From the NCBI GenBank assembly GCA_951406725.2, contig OX597821.1, positions 103,230,001 to 103,294,000 of the forward strand: 64,000 nt of DNA. Direction: 5' to 3'. Source of the stretch: Octopus vulgaris (Eukaryota). Of this stretch, positions 27,538 through 42,409 are shown piece by piece; position 1 is the first letter of the stretch, and each line of letters starts with the position of its first letter. The notes beneath the pieces are model-generated. The model was not told the origin of the DNA. It saw only the letters and a program-made list of their open reading frames with translations, and did not search any database. A program made the translations under genes and the position numbers.

Positions 27538-28284
27538 CTATAAAGAATCATGAGCACTGCTTTCTCTTCTGCTCAAAAGACAAAATAAAATTTGTTGTTT
27601 GATCATCTCAATCAAATAAGAGCCCCGTGATAAGCGAATCATTTTGTTTTTTTTACTATGTTTTCTGTGCCTGTTGTATATGTTTTGGAGGGAATGTATG
27701 TTAATTCAAAGTGTTGTTTTGTCTTCTCTGTGTGAAGTATGTTTATACTGATGAGTATGGTGTTTGAATCGTTTCTGATGTCCTCTGGTGTCGAGGCCAA
27801 TGAAGGAGTGCCTTTATTATCGCGGGACTAGATTTGTGAGTGCAAGAGTCATACTGGGCGTGAATTTCCGTTTGTTTATGACTGTAATCGTGTCTCTGCA
27901 TTTGGTAATTGAGCAATAATGTGTAGGTGCGGTTGTAGCTTGTCGTGTTTGTCTGCTCACCAGCCTGACTGAGTGCCTGTCTGCCTGTCTATCAGTCTGT
28001 CTGTCTGCCTGTCTGTGTTTGTATATATATATATATATATATATATATGCATTTGTGTGTGTGCTCGCATGTGTGTGTCCCTATGCTGTGTATGTGCGAG
28101 TCTTTGTATGTATGCATAAAGCCTTGCGTGTGTATCTATGCGAAGAAGAAGGTGTTTCTGTGTGTTCATGTATGCGTACATATATCTGTGTTAGTATATT
28201 GATGTGTATGTGCGTGTGCGTGTATGTGTGTGTGTGTGTGTGTGTGTTTGTGTGGGCGCCTGCCAGTCTATTTGCATGTCGGTG

Positions 28285-28355
<71 letters not shown>

Positions 28356-28875
28356 CTTTGCATGTGTGCGAGAATGTCATCAGAGCATTCATTCGTAAAC
28401 ACTGTTCAAGTGCGTCGAAATTGTAAATGGAAATTTAAGGTGCAGCACGAGGATGCCGAAGCCTTTTTCACTCTCATCTCAGTACCATCCTTCTTAGCAT
28501 CAACGCCTTCCTTCTGTACAGCAGCTTCATGGCAGATGGGGTGTATGAGTCAACAGAGCAGCATTTATATATTTTTCTGTCTATCTTTTGTCGTCTTTGT
28601 CAGAAACCTACAGAGCATTTTAGGAGCAAATTTTACAACAAACAAACAAACAAGCAAACAGGATATTATTCTGTTTTGGATTTATCTTTCGTTTTCTGTC
28701 AGACCGCTTCTTTGCTTCTTTTTTTTTTTTCTAAAATGACACGCCATATTTATTTAATTGATCTTTATATCGCAATTAGAGGACAAAACTTTTATTGGAT
28801 TCATCATTCCAACCGGTTAATTACAAGTTCAGTGCATTTTTAACGGTGTGGTTCGGAAGGGAGTGCCGCCACCAC

Positions 28876-29480
28876 TACACACACATGCACAACATACACA
28901 TCATATATCACAAACATGCACGCCCCTTACACACACACAAAAATACACACACACACACACACACACATACACACACACACATCACACATGCACAACACAC
29001 ACACATATCACACATCATATTTCACACACATGCACACAACATACACACAAACACACACACATCACACACGTACGCACAAACACACACATATTATACACAC
29101 AAGTATACATACACACACATCATATATCACACACACATCCACAAAGACACGCAAAAACATACACGCACATCACACACACACACAAACACACACACATATC
29201 ACACACAAACACACACACACACATACACACACAACACACACATCATATATCACACACATTTACACATCATGCACATAAACGCAAACTCACACACTTATCA
29301 CATACACACACAACATACACATCTTATATCACACACATGCACACATATGCGCAAACACTTACATACACATCACACACACAAAACACAAACACACACATCA
29401 CACACACATCACACACAAACAAACACACACACAGACACAACACGTATCATATATCACATACATACACACACATACACACA

Positions 29481-29513
<33 letters not shown>

Positions 29514-30025
29514 GCAAACACACATTTATCTGTGCTTTTATCTTCTATTTGTTTCACTCATTGCGTTCCGACCGTTTCATCTGCCAATTATTAACTTCCA
29601 TAAAATATATCTCTTATAAGCATGAGCGTGAGGTTAAACAGTTCGATCCACGAGAACATAGCTCCAAAATCAGTCCGACGTGAGACTGCAAAAAGCGCGC
29701 ACACACACACACGCACACACTCTCACACAACATATCCACACACACGTGCATACACACACACACACGCACACATTCACACACAAATACACATTCACATAAC
29801 ATACATGCGCACACACACGCACATACACTCACACAAACGCACAAGCGCACATGCACACATTTACACACACACATGCGCGCACACACATGCACACACACAT
29901 TCACATAACATACACACACAACACATTCACACACATGCACACACACATTCACATAACATACACACACAACACATTCACACACATTCACATAACATGCACA
30001 CACACGCACACACACATACATACAC
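28876..30025. repeat. Cryptic (CA)-rich low-complexity tracts
   Basis: Degenerate cacacacat/atcacacac units; source of the His/Thr-rich 274-aa and 248-aa ORFs. Confidence 0.9.
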
Positions 30026-30082
30026 ATCTAGTCGCAAGCGTGGCTGTGTGGTAAGAGTTAAATATATATATATATATATATT

Positions 30083-30570
30083 GACCCAATACAAAAAAAG
30101 GGCTACTGGGAGAAGCTAAAGGAGCTGAGTCTCTATTCCCTGGAGAGAAGACGAGGGAGATCTGCGGTGATATATATTTAGAAGATTTTGGAGGGTTTAG
30201 CTCCCAATTTTGTAATTGATAGCTATACCAATCCTCGAAATGGATGGCACTGTATCTTACCAAAGATCCCGTTTTCCACATCTATAATAAGGATACAGTA
30301 CTGCAATAGTTTGAGTTTTAAGGGCCCGCAATTGTTCAACCTCCTTCCAGGCAACCTTAGAGATGTACATGGTGTTTATGTGGAAGTTTTCAAGGAACGT
30401 CTTGATAGGTTTCTATCTGAGATACCAGATGAACCCACATCGCGGTAGGAGACGCAAAGAAGACCAGCTCTGTCCAACTCGCTACTTCACCAAAAACAAA
30501 ACCGGAAACAACAACGAGTAACTACAAGTGGTGCACCAGCATGGCCTCAGCCCCGGCCTGAAACCAGTAC
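30083..30570 (+). mobile_element. CR1-clade LINE, 5'-truncated 3' end (ORF2 C-terminus and 3' UTR)
   Basis: YWEKLKELSLYSLERRRGRSAVIYI*KILEGLAPN...GPQLFNLLPGNLRD..VEVFKERLDRFLSEIPDEP is typical of the post-RT region of CR1-like ORF2, with in-frame stops. Confidence 0.85.
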
Positions 30571-30602
30571 GATGGGCAAAACGTCCGGTTTTGGACTGAT
30601 CA

Positions 30603-30845
30603 CAGAGCAACGCGAAATGAAGTGTTGGGCACGACAGCACAATGCATCTGCCGCCCTGGAACTTGAAACCACGCTCTCTTTCGATCGCGAGTCACGTTCA
30701 GTGTCACACTGAATCTTCCTGGGGGTGCGAGTCCCTGTAGAGAGCTGAGCCACTTGTACATTAATATCACGTTCATTTCACGAGAAGAATATTCTGTTTG
30801 ATCGGATCGACTGAAATACTCATCGTCGTAACCGACGGAGTGCCA
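30603..30845. mobile_element. SINE family C copy with inverted 5' portion
   Basis: 30605-30693 matches the head on the minus strand; 30692-30845 matches the body and tail on the plus strand. Confidence 0.55.
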
Positions 30846-31293
30846 ATTTATTACTTTTTTTCCCCGTGACATCTAAAGTGCAGTTTATAATAACAGCAGA
30901 AATATTACATTTTGCATATCAACTGAAATCAGACAAAAATACGCTTCTCGTAAACCAGCATATAATTGGTATGTATTGTGGTGGAATCTCACTCTTAACC
31001 ACTGATATAATTATATCCGGATATTCCCATATCTCAACAGATTTTCAAATTGCCTTTGAGACTCACAACATGGAACATTTTGCAATAACTCACTGCTCCT
31101 CAATACTGTTTAATATTAAAAGCTAATATTCATGCGAAGCGGAAAGAAAAATTCATACAAAGATTTTTTTCCGATTTTACTTAGAAAATAACACATTCAA
31201 CAATAACAGGTTTATTGTACAAAAGCAAAAACAAGAACTAAATTGCTTCTTGATACGCGATGTGCGTCTGTATCCCTATGTATACATGAATAC

Positions 31294-31325
<32 letters not shown>

Positions 31326-31445
31326 GCACATATATATATATATATATATATACACATACGCACACACACACAAACACACACATGTACGTATATATAACAT
31401 ATATACATTTCTGTATGGATATTCATATGTATATATATTACAAGC

Positions 31446-31484
<39 letters not shown>

Positions 31485-31614
31485 ATATATTATACATATA
31501 TAAAAATACACATACATCTATATACTTAATATATACGCGTATGTACATATACATATATACATAATATTTAAAATGCATATATTACATAATATGCATGAAT
31601 GCACATGCTATATA

Positions 31615-31648
<34 letters not shown>

Positions 31649-31664
31649 GTATATATATATATAT

Positions 31665-31732
<68 letters not shown>

Positions 31733-32119
31733 GTATGCATGTATATGACATATATGAACTGCATGTATTCTGCACATGTGTGTGTGTGTTTGTGTACATG
31801 TATGTCTGTTCTTTGACTAGTATCATTCTGTCACACGAACTTTCTCCATTCACATGTGTATTACTCAATTATCATCTCGTTCTGTACTTGACAAGCTACT
31901 TATTTCCTTATGAAAACGCAGTAACTAACTCGTGCGGCAGATAATTTTTACTGTCTTTGCTATCATAACTATCATTAGAAGAAGAAATCTTTAAAAAAAA
32001 CCAAACGGAAAAAATGCATAACAAATACATTCATATATGAGATACATTTACGACATAACAGGTTGCATCAAGTACAAGGAAAAAAAATATGTTTCAAAGG
32101 ATGCATCGAATCTATAGAA

Positions 32120-32183
<64 letters not shown>

Positions 32184-32186
32184 CAT

Positions 32187-32247
<61 letters not shown>

Positions 32248-32300
32248 TACATATATATATACATATACACACACATACATATATACTCTATACATATATA

Positions 32301-32331
<31 letters not shown>

Positions 32332-32351
32332 CACATACATATACATGTATA

Positions 32352-32383
<32 letters not shown>

Positions 32384-32387
32384 CATA

Positions 32388-32428
<41 letters not shown>

Positions 32429-32589
32429 TATACATATACACATAAACATATATATATATACATATACATATAAATATATGTTTATAGATATATACATATA
32501 TATACATATATATATATATGTTCATATATATATATATGTTCATATATATATGTACATATATATATAATAATAATATATTTTGTCTCTAA

Positions 32590-32643
<54 letters not shown>

Positions 32644-32705
32644 TTTATATATATACATATATACATGCATACGTATAATACATATATGTATACAAAGAGT
32701 GAGAG

Positions 32706-32762
<57 letters not shown>

Positions 32763-33654
32763 ATAGTATAAGAAAACTTGAGCGCCATAGAATCTGCGAG
32801 TGGTAGTTTGGTAAAGTTTTCGTAAAGAACATTAAAGTCACATATTCATTTCGCTTGTGTCAAATGAGAAAACTCTATGGAAAAAAAAAAAAAAATTCTC
32901 TTCAAGCCACAATGGACGCTAATTATAAGATGATAAGTTCGAAAATGTTTTAGAATTTCAATAAAATTCAGTGCAACTCACAAATCAATCATAGTAACTT
33001 TTCATTATGTTCGACAGATATGAGGGTATTTAATATATGCCCTACGTATGCTGTGTGTGTTGCTGGAAACAAGACAACACACAGCGTGATCAGAACATCG
33101 CCATTTCTTTAACTGATATAATATAATATAATATAATATAATATAATATATATGTAACGGTAAATTATGAGGAACGGGAGAATAAGTATCCAACGCCATT
33201 TTAGGTTGAATGCTGTAGTTAATTGTGATTCAGTTAGGAGACTGTTCGACTGGAGTTTCGCAGACGTCTGCTCTATCGTTTGGACAGGAAATATATATAT
33301 AATGATAAAGAGGAGATAACTATTCTGAAATGCATACATCCATCAGTCTGCTTAGGGGGCGCTTCGAACTGACTTGCTGTGTGTTGACACTTATTTGTCA
33401 ACATCGAGTAATTTTCTCCCTAAAAAAAAATACAACGAATGATTTTCTTGAGGGTTCGAATATGTTCCAAGTAGCCACTACACATTCTTTATTTTCATTC
33501 CTTCTTTCTTTCTGTGTTCCTTTCTGTAGAAGAGCGTAGGCTCGAAACGTTAAAGACTTTTTCACTTCCCGAGCGTTATACTAATACATCTGTTTGTTGT
33601 CTACATCACTTGTCTTCGTCTTTTGTTTTTTTGTGAATTCTCCTTATACATATA

Positions 33655-33710
<56 letters not shown>

Positions 33711-33714
33711 TATA

Positions 33715-33750
<36 letters not shown>

Positions 33751-33780
33751 TGTATGTATGTATGTATGTATGTATGTATG

Positions 33781-33811
<31 letters not shown>

Positions 33812-34036
33812 GTATGTATGTATGTATGTATGTATGTATGTATATATATATATATATAAACACCTCAAGATTCGGGTTCAGCCCCCGCTGTTCTGTACCT
33901 TGAGCAAGTGTTTGCTGCTACAACTGGGCAGACCAATGCCTTGTGAGTGAATTTGGTAAACATGGAGGCCCGCCGTGTATATATACATACACACGCACGC
34001 ACGCACACAGACACACACATTTATATGTATATATAT

Positions 34037-35000
34037 GAGTGGCTGTGTGGTAAGTGGCTTGCTTACGAACCACATGGTTCCGGGTTCAGTCCCACAGCGT
34101 GGCACCTTAGGCAAATGTCTTCTACTATAGCCTCGGGCCGATCAAAGCATTGTGAGTGGATTTGGTAGCCGGAAACTGAAAGAAGCCCGATATATATATA
34201 TATATATATATGCATGTGTGGGTCAGGTCACTTTCGGTGGTACTAGTAACATGTAACCCAGTACAACCTGTTGCATGGTCGGGTCGTCGATGACTAAACC
34301 GGCAACCCCACCAAGCTTGCTTGATGAGGAGGGTGTTTATTGGACACCCTGCGGGATGAAAAACAAAACCCGTCAAAGGGCGGAGGAACTCTTGAAAGTC
34401 AACGGCCATCCAATAAATGTCTTAAGGCTGTATCATGCACGGGGACATAGAAATAATCGGACTGAATACCCGATCGCGCGGTTAAACCATTGGGAGTGAA
34501 GGACTCCTAGCCTTTGTTAGGGCATCCTTCTAGGAGAAGGTAACTCAGGTAACTGGGATAATTCCGACATAAAACCAGCGGCTCAGCGGTTACCGATGAT
34601 GTTCACTTGTTCTTTGTTTTCGGATTATGGCTGCTGTTGCTTAGTGAGTGGGATTGACTCAGTGCACAGCCTTTCCTCACTTAGAAAAAAAATCTTCTTG
34701 CACAGGTATTGCACGATAACAACATTGATTAAGCTTCGCGCAATGGCCATACTCGATAAAGAGGGGGCAGCCACCATGTGTGGGTGTATTTGTTTGTGTG
34801 TGTGTGTTTGTCCCCCCAACATCGCTTGACAACCGATGTTGGTGTGTTTACATCCCCGTAACTTAGCGGTTCGGCAAATGAGACCGACAGAATAAGTACT
34901 AGGCTTACAAAGAATAAGTTCTGGGGTCGATTTGCTCGACTAAAGGCGGTGCTCCAGCATGGCCGCAGTCAAATGACTGAAACAAGTAAAAGAATAAAAG
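34037..35000 (+). mobile_element. SINE family B copy interrupted by a 551-bp insertion
   Basis: Head half 34037-34190 and tail half 34786-35000. Confidence 0.85.
34224..34774 (+). mobile_element. GC-rich non-coding retro-insert resembling an RTE-clade 5' UTR, 11-bp TSD
   Basis: TSD catgtgtgggt at 34213-34223 and 34775-34785. The motif gggcatccttctaggagaaggtaactc resembles RTE 5' UTR sequence (recalled, not searched). Confidence 0.65.
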
Positions 35001-35001
35001 A

Positions 35002-35032
<31 letters not shown>

Positions 35033-35071
35033 TACATACATACACACACACATATATACATACATACACAC

Positions 35072-35102
<31 letters not shown>

Positions 35103-35212
35103 CATATATATTTTCAAATCGAACATTAAAAGTAATAAATAACAAAACAACGAAAGGATGTGCTTATGGAATGTATTAGGTTGATGCTTAGTAAAGGTGG
35201 GGAAGATATATA

Positions 35213-35646
35213 TAGACAGATAAATAGATAGATAGACATATGAATAGATAGATGGATAGATAAATAGACAGATAGACAAACAGACAGACAGATAGATAGA
35301 TAGATTGACAGATAGACAGATAGATAGATAAATAGATAAATAGATAGATAATAGATAGATTGACATAAATGGATAGATGGATAGATAGATAGACAGACAG
35401 ACAGATAGATAGGTAGATAGATAAATAGATAGATAAATAAATAGTTAGATTGATAAATAGATAGATAGATAAATAGATAGATAGATAGATAGACAGACAG
35501 ACAAACAGATAGATAGATAGATAGATAGATTGATAGACAGATAAATAGATAGATAGATAAATAGATAGGTAGATAAAAACATACAAATAGACAGAGGGAT
35601 AGATATGTTTCTTTATTAGCCACACAGGGCTAAACACAGATAGAAC

Positions 35647-35739
<93 letters not shown>

Positions 35740-35740
35740 T
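35213..35740. repeat. Degenerate and pure (GATA)n tract
   Basis: Directly visible. Confidence 0.95.
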
Positions 35741-37541
35741 TTAGAAAGCGAGAGAAAAAAGAAAGAGAAGTTAATAGATCGTTTATGGTAGTAAAGACGA
35801 AATGTTATGATTAGTTGGTTGATTAAAAATCATGATGCGTATTTAGCATAAGAGAAAATCTCAATTAGAAAACAGTTCTTTTCACTATAGCAAAGAATTT
35901 AATGCTTTTGTCTGGAAGTATATAAATGATCTGCTTTATCACGTTGTATTAGGGTTTAATCAAACTGTCATAACCAGAATTCATTGGTAATTGGAAGAAG
36001 AATATCACGTAACATAAAATATAAAATGCTGCGGTTCTTTACAGGAATTTCAATAAAAAAAAATCCATCCAGAAAAATCATTTCCCTTTCAATATTGAGG
36101 TTCTTCACCTCATTCCTTTCCTATTCATCTGAGTATGTTTGCGCCCGTATAATTATTATCTGTACAAGTCCTTACAATACTGATGTTGGCGGTGGTGGTG
36201 AGTTATTAAATCTGATGCAAAGCTGATTTTAATTTCGAACAGTAAATAATTATATTTTTGAAACAACTCAAACTTGTTTACATCTAACAATTGTATGGAA
36301 TGTAAAAAAAAAAAAAAAATACGAAGACAAATACCGTATTTTATATAAAATCTTAATTGAAAATGTTAATTTATGCTTCGTTTATTGAACTTGTTAAAAC
36401 TATGCGTCTTTCCAAAATAAGCAAGTCATATCAATGCACACATACACAGAAACCACACAATGTTTGCCAGAGTTCTTTGATATTGCTAATATTGATTCGG
36501 TGTTACTGGAAGTTTTCCAAGTTAGAGCACAGCAATTTGCTTGAATAAGCCGCTTCCTCTTTTACAGTAAATGGAACTCTACGTATGCGATAGGGATAAG
36601 GCAATGTTTGAAGTAGAAGTTAGATAAACTCCCTGAATCACTTCTTTATATTCTCTGTAACTTACATAAGCTCTAACAGCATGGCAGCTGAACAAGTAAC
36701 ATTAAACTTTCAAGAGAGACTCCGTGCAACCTCTCTCAAATTACACCCGGCTGTCTTCATATAACGGGGAACACGTTATATAATACAGTTTCAGCAATGC
36801 ATTTGAATAGCTGAATATAAAGATGAGGTAGTTATGTCTGGAATGGTTATATGTTTACTAGATTATATCTTTATTAGATCAATAGTGACGTGAGGCTAAA
36901 AGCTAAAAAGACAAGCTTTCAGTATAGTGGCTTTTATGTTTATATCAGTAATGTGTATCGTGAATATGAAAGTACGACATTTTGTGAAGCCGATTCAAAC
37001 TGATGACAGTCAAACAATTCATTTGAAATCTTTTACGTTGATCAAATCATGTTTGTTGATAATCTGAAAATATGTCATCTCACGATTGTGATGACTCAAG
37101 AATTTCATTTGAAATCGTTCAGACTATTCTCTGTGTCTCCTATACAATATCGAGATTTCTCAAACATTTAAAAGACATACTGGAATTAATAGTGCCTTGC
37201 GAGATTTTTTACTTCGTAAAGTGTTTGGAGTTTCTGTAGGTTTCCTTATATACCAAAAGCCAACAACTAACCCAATGGCTGGTGGTTGATTCGAACCATT
37301 ATTCGGATACCATTGAACACTTTTACTTAATTATTTCACAATCTTCTTTCACCCTTGCTTCGGGTGAATTCAAATAAAGAAAATATAAGAATTGTTGGTC
37401 ATGGTTAGAGCGCTTTCTGGTAAGCCAGAGGTGATTTGGGGCTAAGTAACTATAACAATTTCCGATGTGCACGTGTATTAGTATCTATGCTTCTCAACTG
37501 AAAGTATTCACGTGCATGCTTGTATGAAACGTGCGTGTGTT

Positions 37542-37582
<41 letters not shown>

Positions 37583-37584
<2 letters not shown>

Positions 37585-37916
37585 TGAAACCCCCTTCGGT
37601 CTTGACTGACCGTGGGTTTGCACCTAGAAAGTTACCCTCCTAGGCACAAGTCCGGGCAATGTTGTTTATGGAAGACCAGCAGTCGCCCATGCATACTGAC
37701 CTCCCCTTTCCACGCCACCAGTGTTATCCAAGGGAAAGGTAAAGGCCGATACAGCTTGGCACCTGTGACGTCACAACTCATTTCTACAGCTGAGTGAACT
37801 GGAGCAACGTGAAATAAAGTGTCTTGCTCAAGAACACAACACGTAGCCCGGTCCAGGATTCGAACTCACAACCTCACGATCGCAAGCTCGACGCTCTAAC
37901 CACTGAGCTATGCGCC

Positions 37917-37920
<4 letters not shown>
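37583..37920 (-). mobile_element. SINE with family C head and a different 3' body
   Basis: Shares cagctgagtg.actggagcaacgtgaaataaagtgtc and the tRNA head with 20647-20972 but diverges beyond caactcattt. Confidence 0.8.
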
Positions 37921-37951
<31 letters not shown>

Positions 37952-37963
37952 TCACAAATACTC

Positions 37964-38038
<75 letters not shown>

Positions 38039-38840
38039 TGCACATGTGTGAGTGTGTAGTGTAGTGTATAATAAATAGTAAGCGGGTGATGCCTTGTGAG
38101 AAATACGAGCTTCTATGCATAAACTTATTGCAAATCTATATTCTGAATTCTGGTTTATAACAAGGATCATATGAAAAATGCAACAGAGCAATGACAACAG
38201 AAACAAAGAATTGTTCGAAGCTCACTGAAGAGTGCTTTAAACAGGCTCAAAACTGTGAGATTTTAAACCATCCAAACACGATGAAATGTTTGCTTTTTGA
38301 ATTTAATGAAAGGAGACTTGGATTTAGTTGCTTGTATGGTATGTATTTCTTTGCATCGCTAAACTTGAAGCAATAAAGAAAATATGATTTTATACTTAGC
38401 TGATCCGCAATTTCAACGCTAGGAAGAATGAATATTTTAAGGAAAAAAAATTCGGAGTTTTGAAAGTGATGACAGAAAGGGTAAGTTTTTAAAGGAATTC
38501 ACAAGAATGAATATTCTAAAGAAAAAATAAACCCAGATTTATTAAAGGGATGGTGCGTAGGAAACTTTATAATTCATTGAATCGACTTTAATACATCACT
38601 ATCGCTTCTTTTTAAGACTTCAGACAAAAAAACAAAAAGAAAACAAAAAACTATAAGGTGGGAATGGTTATGTGCTTCTATGTACTTTAGACGTGCGCTA
38701 CGCAACCAGTTGGAGGTAGGTTCAATATCACTGCGTGACTGGTTGGATGGGGTGTTCTAATACAATATCTATAAGGTCGGGCTGATCAATACCTAATGAC
38801 TTTTTAATTGAATTGCCTTAGCGGATATACATACATACAT

Positions 38841-39901
<1,061 letters not shown>

Positions 39902-39917
39902 TATCTATATCTGTATG

Positions 39918-39968
<51 letters not shown>

Positions 39969-40173
39969 AAATAAATGTATACATAAATACATATGTATAT
40001 GTATTGCGTAAGAGAGAGAGAGAGAGGAAGTGAGATAGAGATGTTGAGAGATGGAGAGACAGAGATGATTGTAGTGGTAGGTATAAACATCAACCATAAA
40101 ATAAAAAAAAGATTATGCTTTACACTAAAACGTACCCTGTTATAAAGTAACCTTTACAATAAAAAGTACTTAC

Positions 40174-40360
40174 TTGTACTTGTGGCGACATTCACCCTGG
40201 GCGGGTTGAGTTGGCTTCCCCTACTCATGGAAGAAGTTTCGTGGGAATATGTGGATTTCACAAGAGGACCCTTCATTCGCTTCGAATTGCGCAGGCCATG
40301 TCTTTTCCGCACTTTTGCAGTCGGAAATGTAAGGAACTAATAATTGGCACTTATGTAAAC
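40174..40360 (-). other. Candidate exon (possible first coding exon MKGPLVKSTYSHETSSMSRGSQLNPPRVNVATST)
   Basis: Unique, GC-richer island with minus-strand ttctag| acceptor, ATG at 40276 and CAA|GTAAGT donor (40173-40168). No homology recognised. Confidence 0.25.
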
Positions 40361-41394
40361 CTAGAACTAGAGAAGCTGGCTTTCTCAAAATGGGTAGTAA
40401 ATGAAAAATAATTGAATTTGCTACCATTAGAATTTGAAACTAAAGTACAAAAGAGACATATTTAAACATAGAAGTATATTTTGAACCAACAGAAAACTAG
40501 TATCACCTCTCCACTTTGTACAAATATGTAATTTATTGTGTGTGTGTGTGTGTGTGTGCGTGTGTGTGTGTGTGTGTGTGTAGTGATATTTCGATTAAAT
40601 TAATATGTAAAACTCTTCGTTTTATTTATCTGGCTTACAGAATTTTCGTTATCAGACAAATGTAAGGAATACTATTTTTATTTTTGTATATACGTGAGTT
40701 GTTTTGACTGTTGAATGAAATATACACCTATTTAAGATACTGTAGACCTCCTGCTTCCACGGAAAAAAAATATTTGTCTATAATTCAATAAAGAAATATG
40801 TACTTACTTTTATATAAAATACATCTTTTGCACAAAACTATGTAATTCAATAAAGAAACACACATTTCCATTAGTTTACGCAACACGCAAGAAATATTAC
40901 GAAACAATAATAACTATGGTACTAATGGACAGATTTCTTTTGTCTAACTGGAGGACACTACCCTCTCCGGATTGAGTAGCTGTCTCATAGACTTTAGCCA
41001 CGTTTCCATTGTATCGTTCTACACAGCTAAATTAATTATGATTTCTACAAAGGGGATGCAGATCTCGGTCTTCTTTTCATTTCTTTCTTCTAGTTCCACC
41101 TTTTTGCACCAGCCTTCAAGTTTTTTTTTGTTTTTGCTTTCTCATAGACCAACGTCCTGATTTTCAAATAGGATTAACGGTATACACTGAAAGATTCTTT
41201 GGAGACGCATAGCAAGTCAGCCAAATTATTGTATCTCTGCTACAGCATAAAACTATTAGTATAACTTTTGAAACTTCTGTATGTATGCACGTATATATAT
41301 ATATATATATATCTGCAATAGGACTTTCATAGACTAGAAACAACTAAAGTTTAACACTACAAGAACTAGAATGTCAATCTATCTGTCTACCTAC

Positions 41395-41548
<154 letters not shown>

Positions 41549-42381
41549 ATAATGAAGAAAAAGTAGGATAATTATTCCTTTATACAGCACAACAAATTAG
41601 CGCTCTTATAGAGCGTGCGTGTAAGTACATGTGTCAGCATGTGCGTGTGCATGTATGTATGTGTGTGTATGTAAGTATTTTTGTGTGTGTATGTGTATGC
41701 ATATATGTGTGTTTGTATGTATGCATGTGTACGTAAGCAAGTGTATATGTGTGTGTGTAAGTATGTATGCGTGTGTATGTATCTACGTGTAAGAATGTGT
41801 GTAAGTATGTGTAAGTATGTATGTGTGTGTGGGTATGTACGTGTGTAAGTATCTGTGTAAGTATGTATGTGGTGTGTATGTATGTGTGTGTGTAAGTATG
41901 TATGTGTGTGTGTGTGTGTATATATACGAATCAGCGCTTGAAAATTTTCAAACGGACTAAATGCAATCAATGTGGTTTTTAACCTTGACCCAAAACACCG
42001 CTGAATTTAAACCTACCTACAGTTAACAAACGAAATCAATCTATCACTCTCCCTTGCTTTGCTATTGCCTCGTGTCATATTTGGTGTGTTCGTCATCGTA
42101 TCACTTTTGTCACCATTTCGTAAATTCCATCATACCTCTTTTAACCCAGTGGTTTTTCTCGCATTTTATCACGTTAACGCGTAACGATATCATTAAATAC
42201 CAGGTTAAAGATGACGCTATTATTGAAGGCGGAGAAAATAAAAGCGTTGATGCGGAATCATTAAGATTTGCTCACAAAATTCATGCAAGCGTGACGCTTC
42301 TAATTCAACACGCACATTCAATAAATATAATGTAAAAATATAGAGAAAATATTTTGGGATTGCGTTGATGCCAAGTAACGG

Positions 42382-42409
42382 CGTCACTCGTCACTCGTCA
42401 GTCGTCACT
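42382..42409. promoter_or_regulatory. Cluster of four CRE/ATF half sites (CGTCA) at 7-bp spacing
   Basis: CGTCA at 42382, 42389, 42396 and 42403 inside a repeat-free, CpG-richer 42.0-42.8 kb block. Confidence 0.3.

Noticed and set aside
28430-28565. GC-richer unique island with minus frame HEAAVQKEGVDAKKDGTEMRVKK
   Set aside because: Bounded by in-frame stops with no convincing splice sites.
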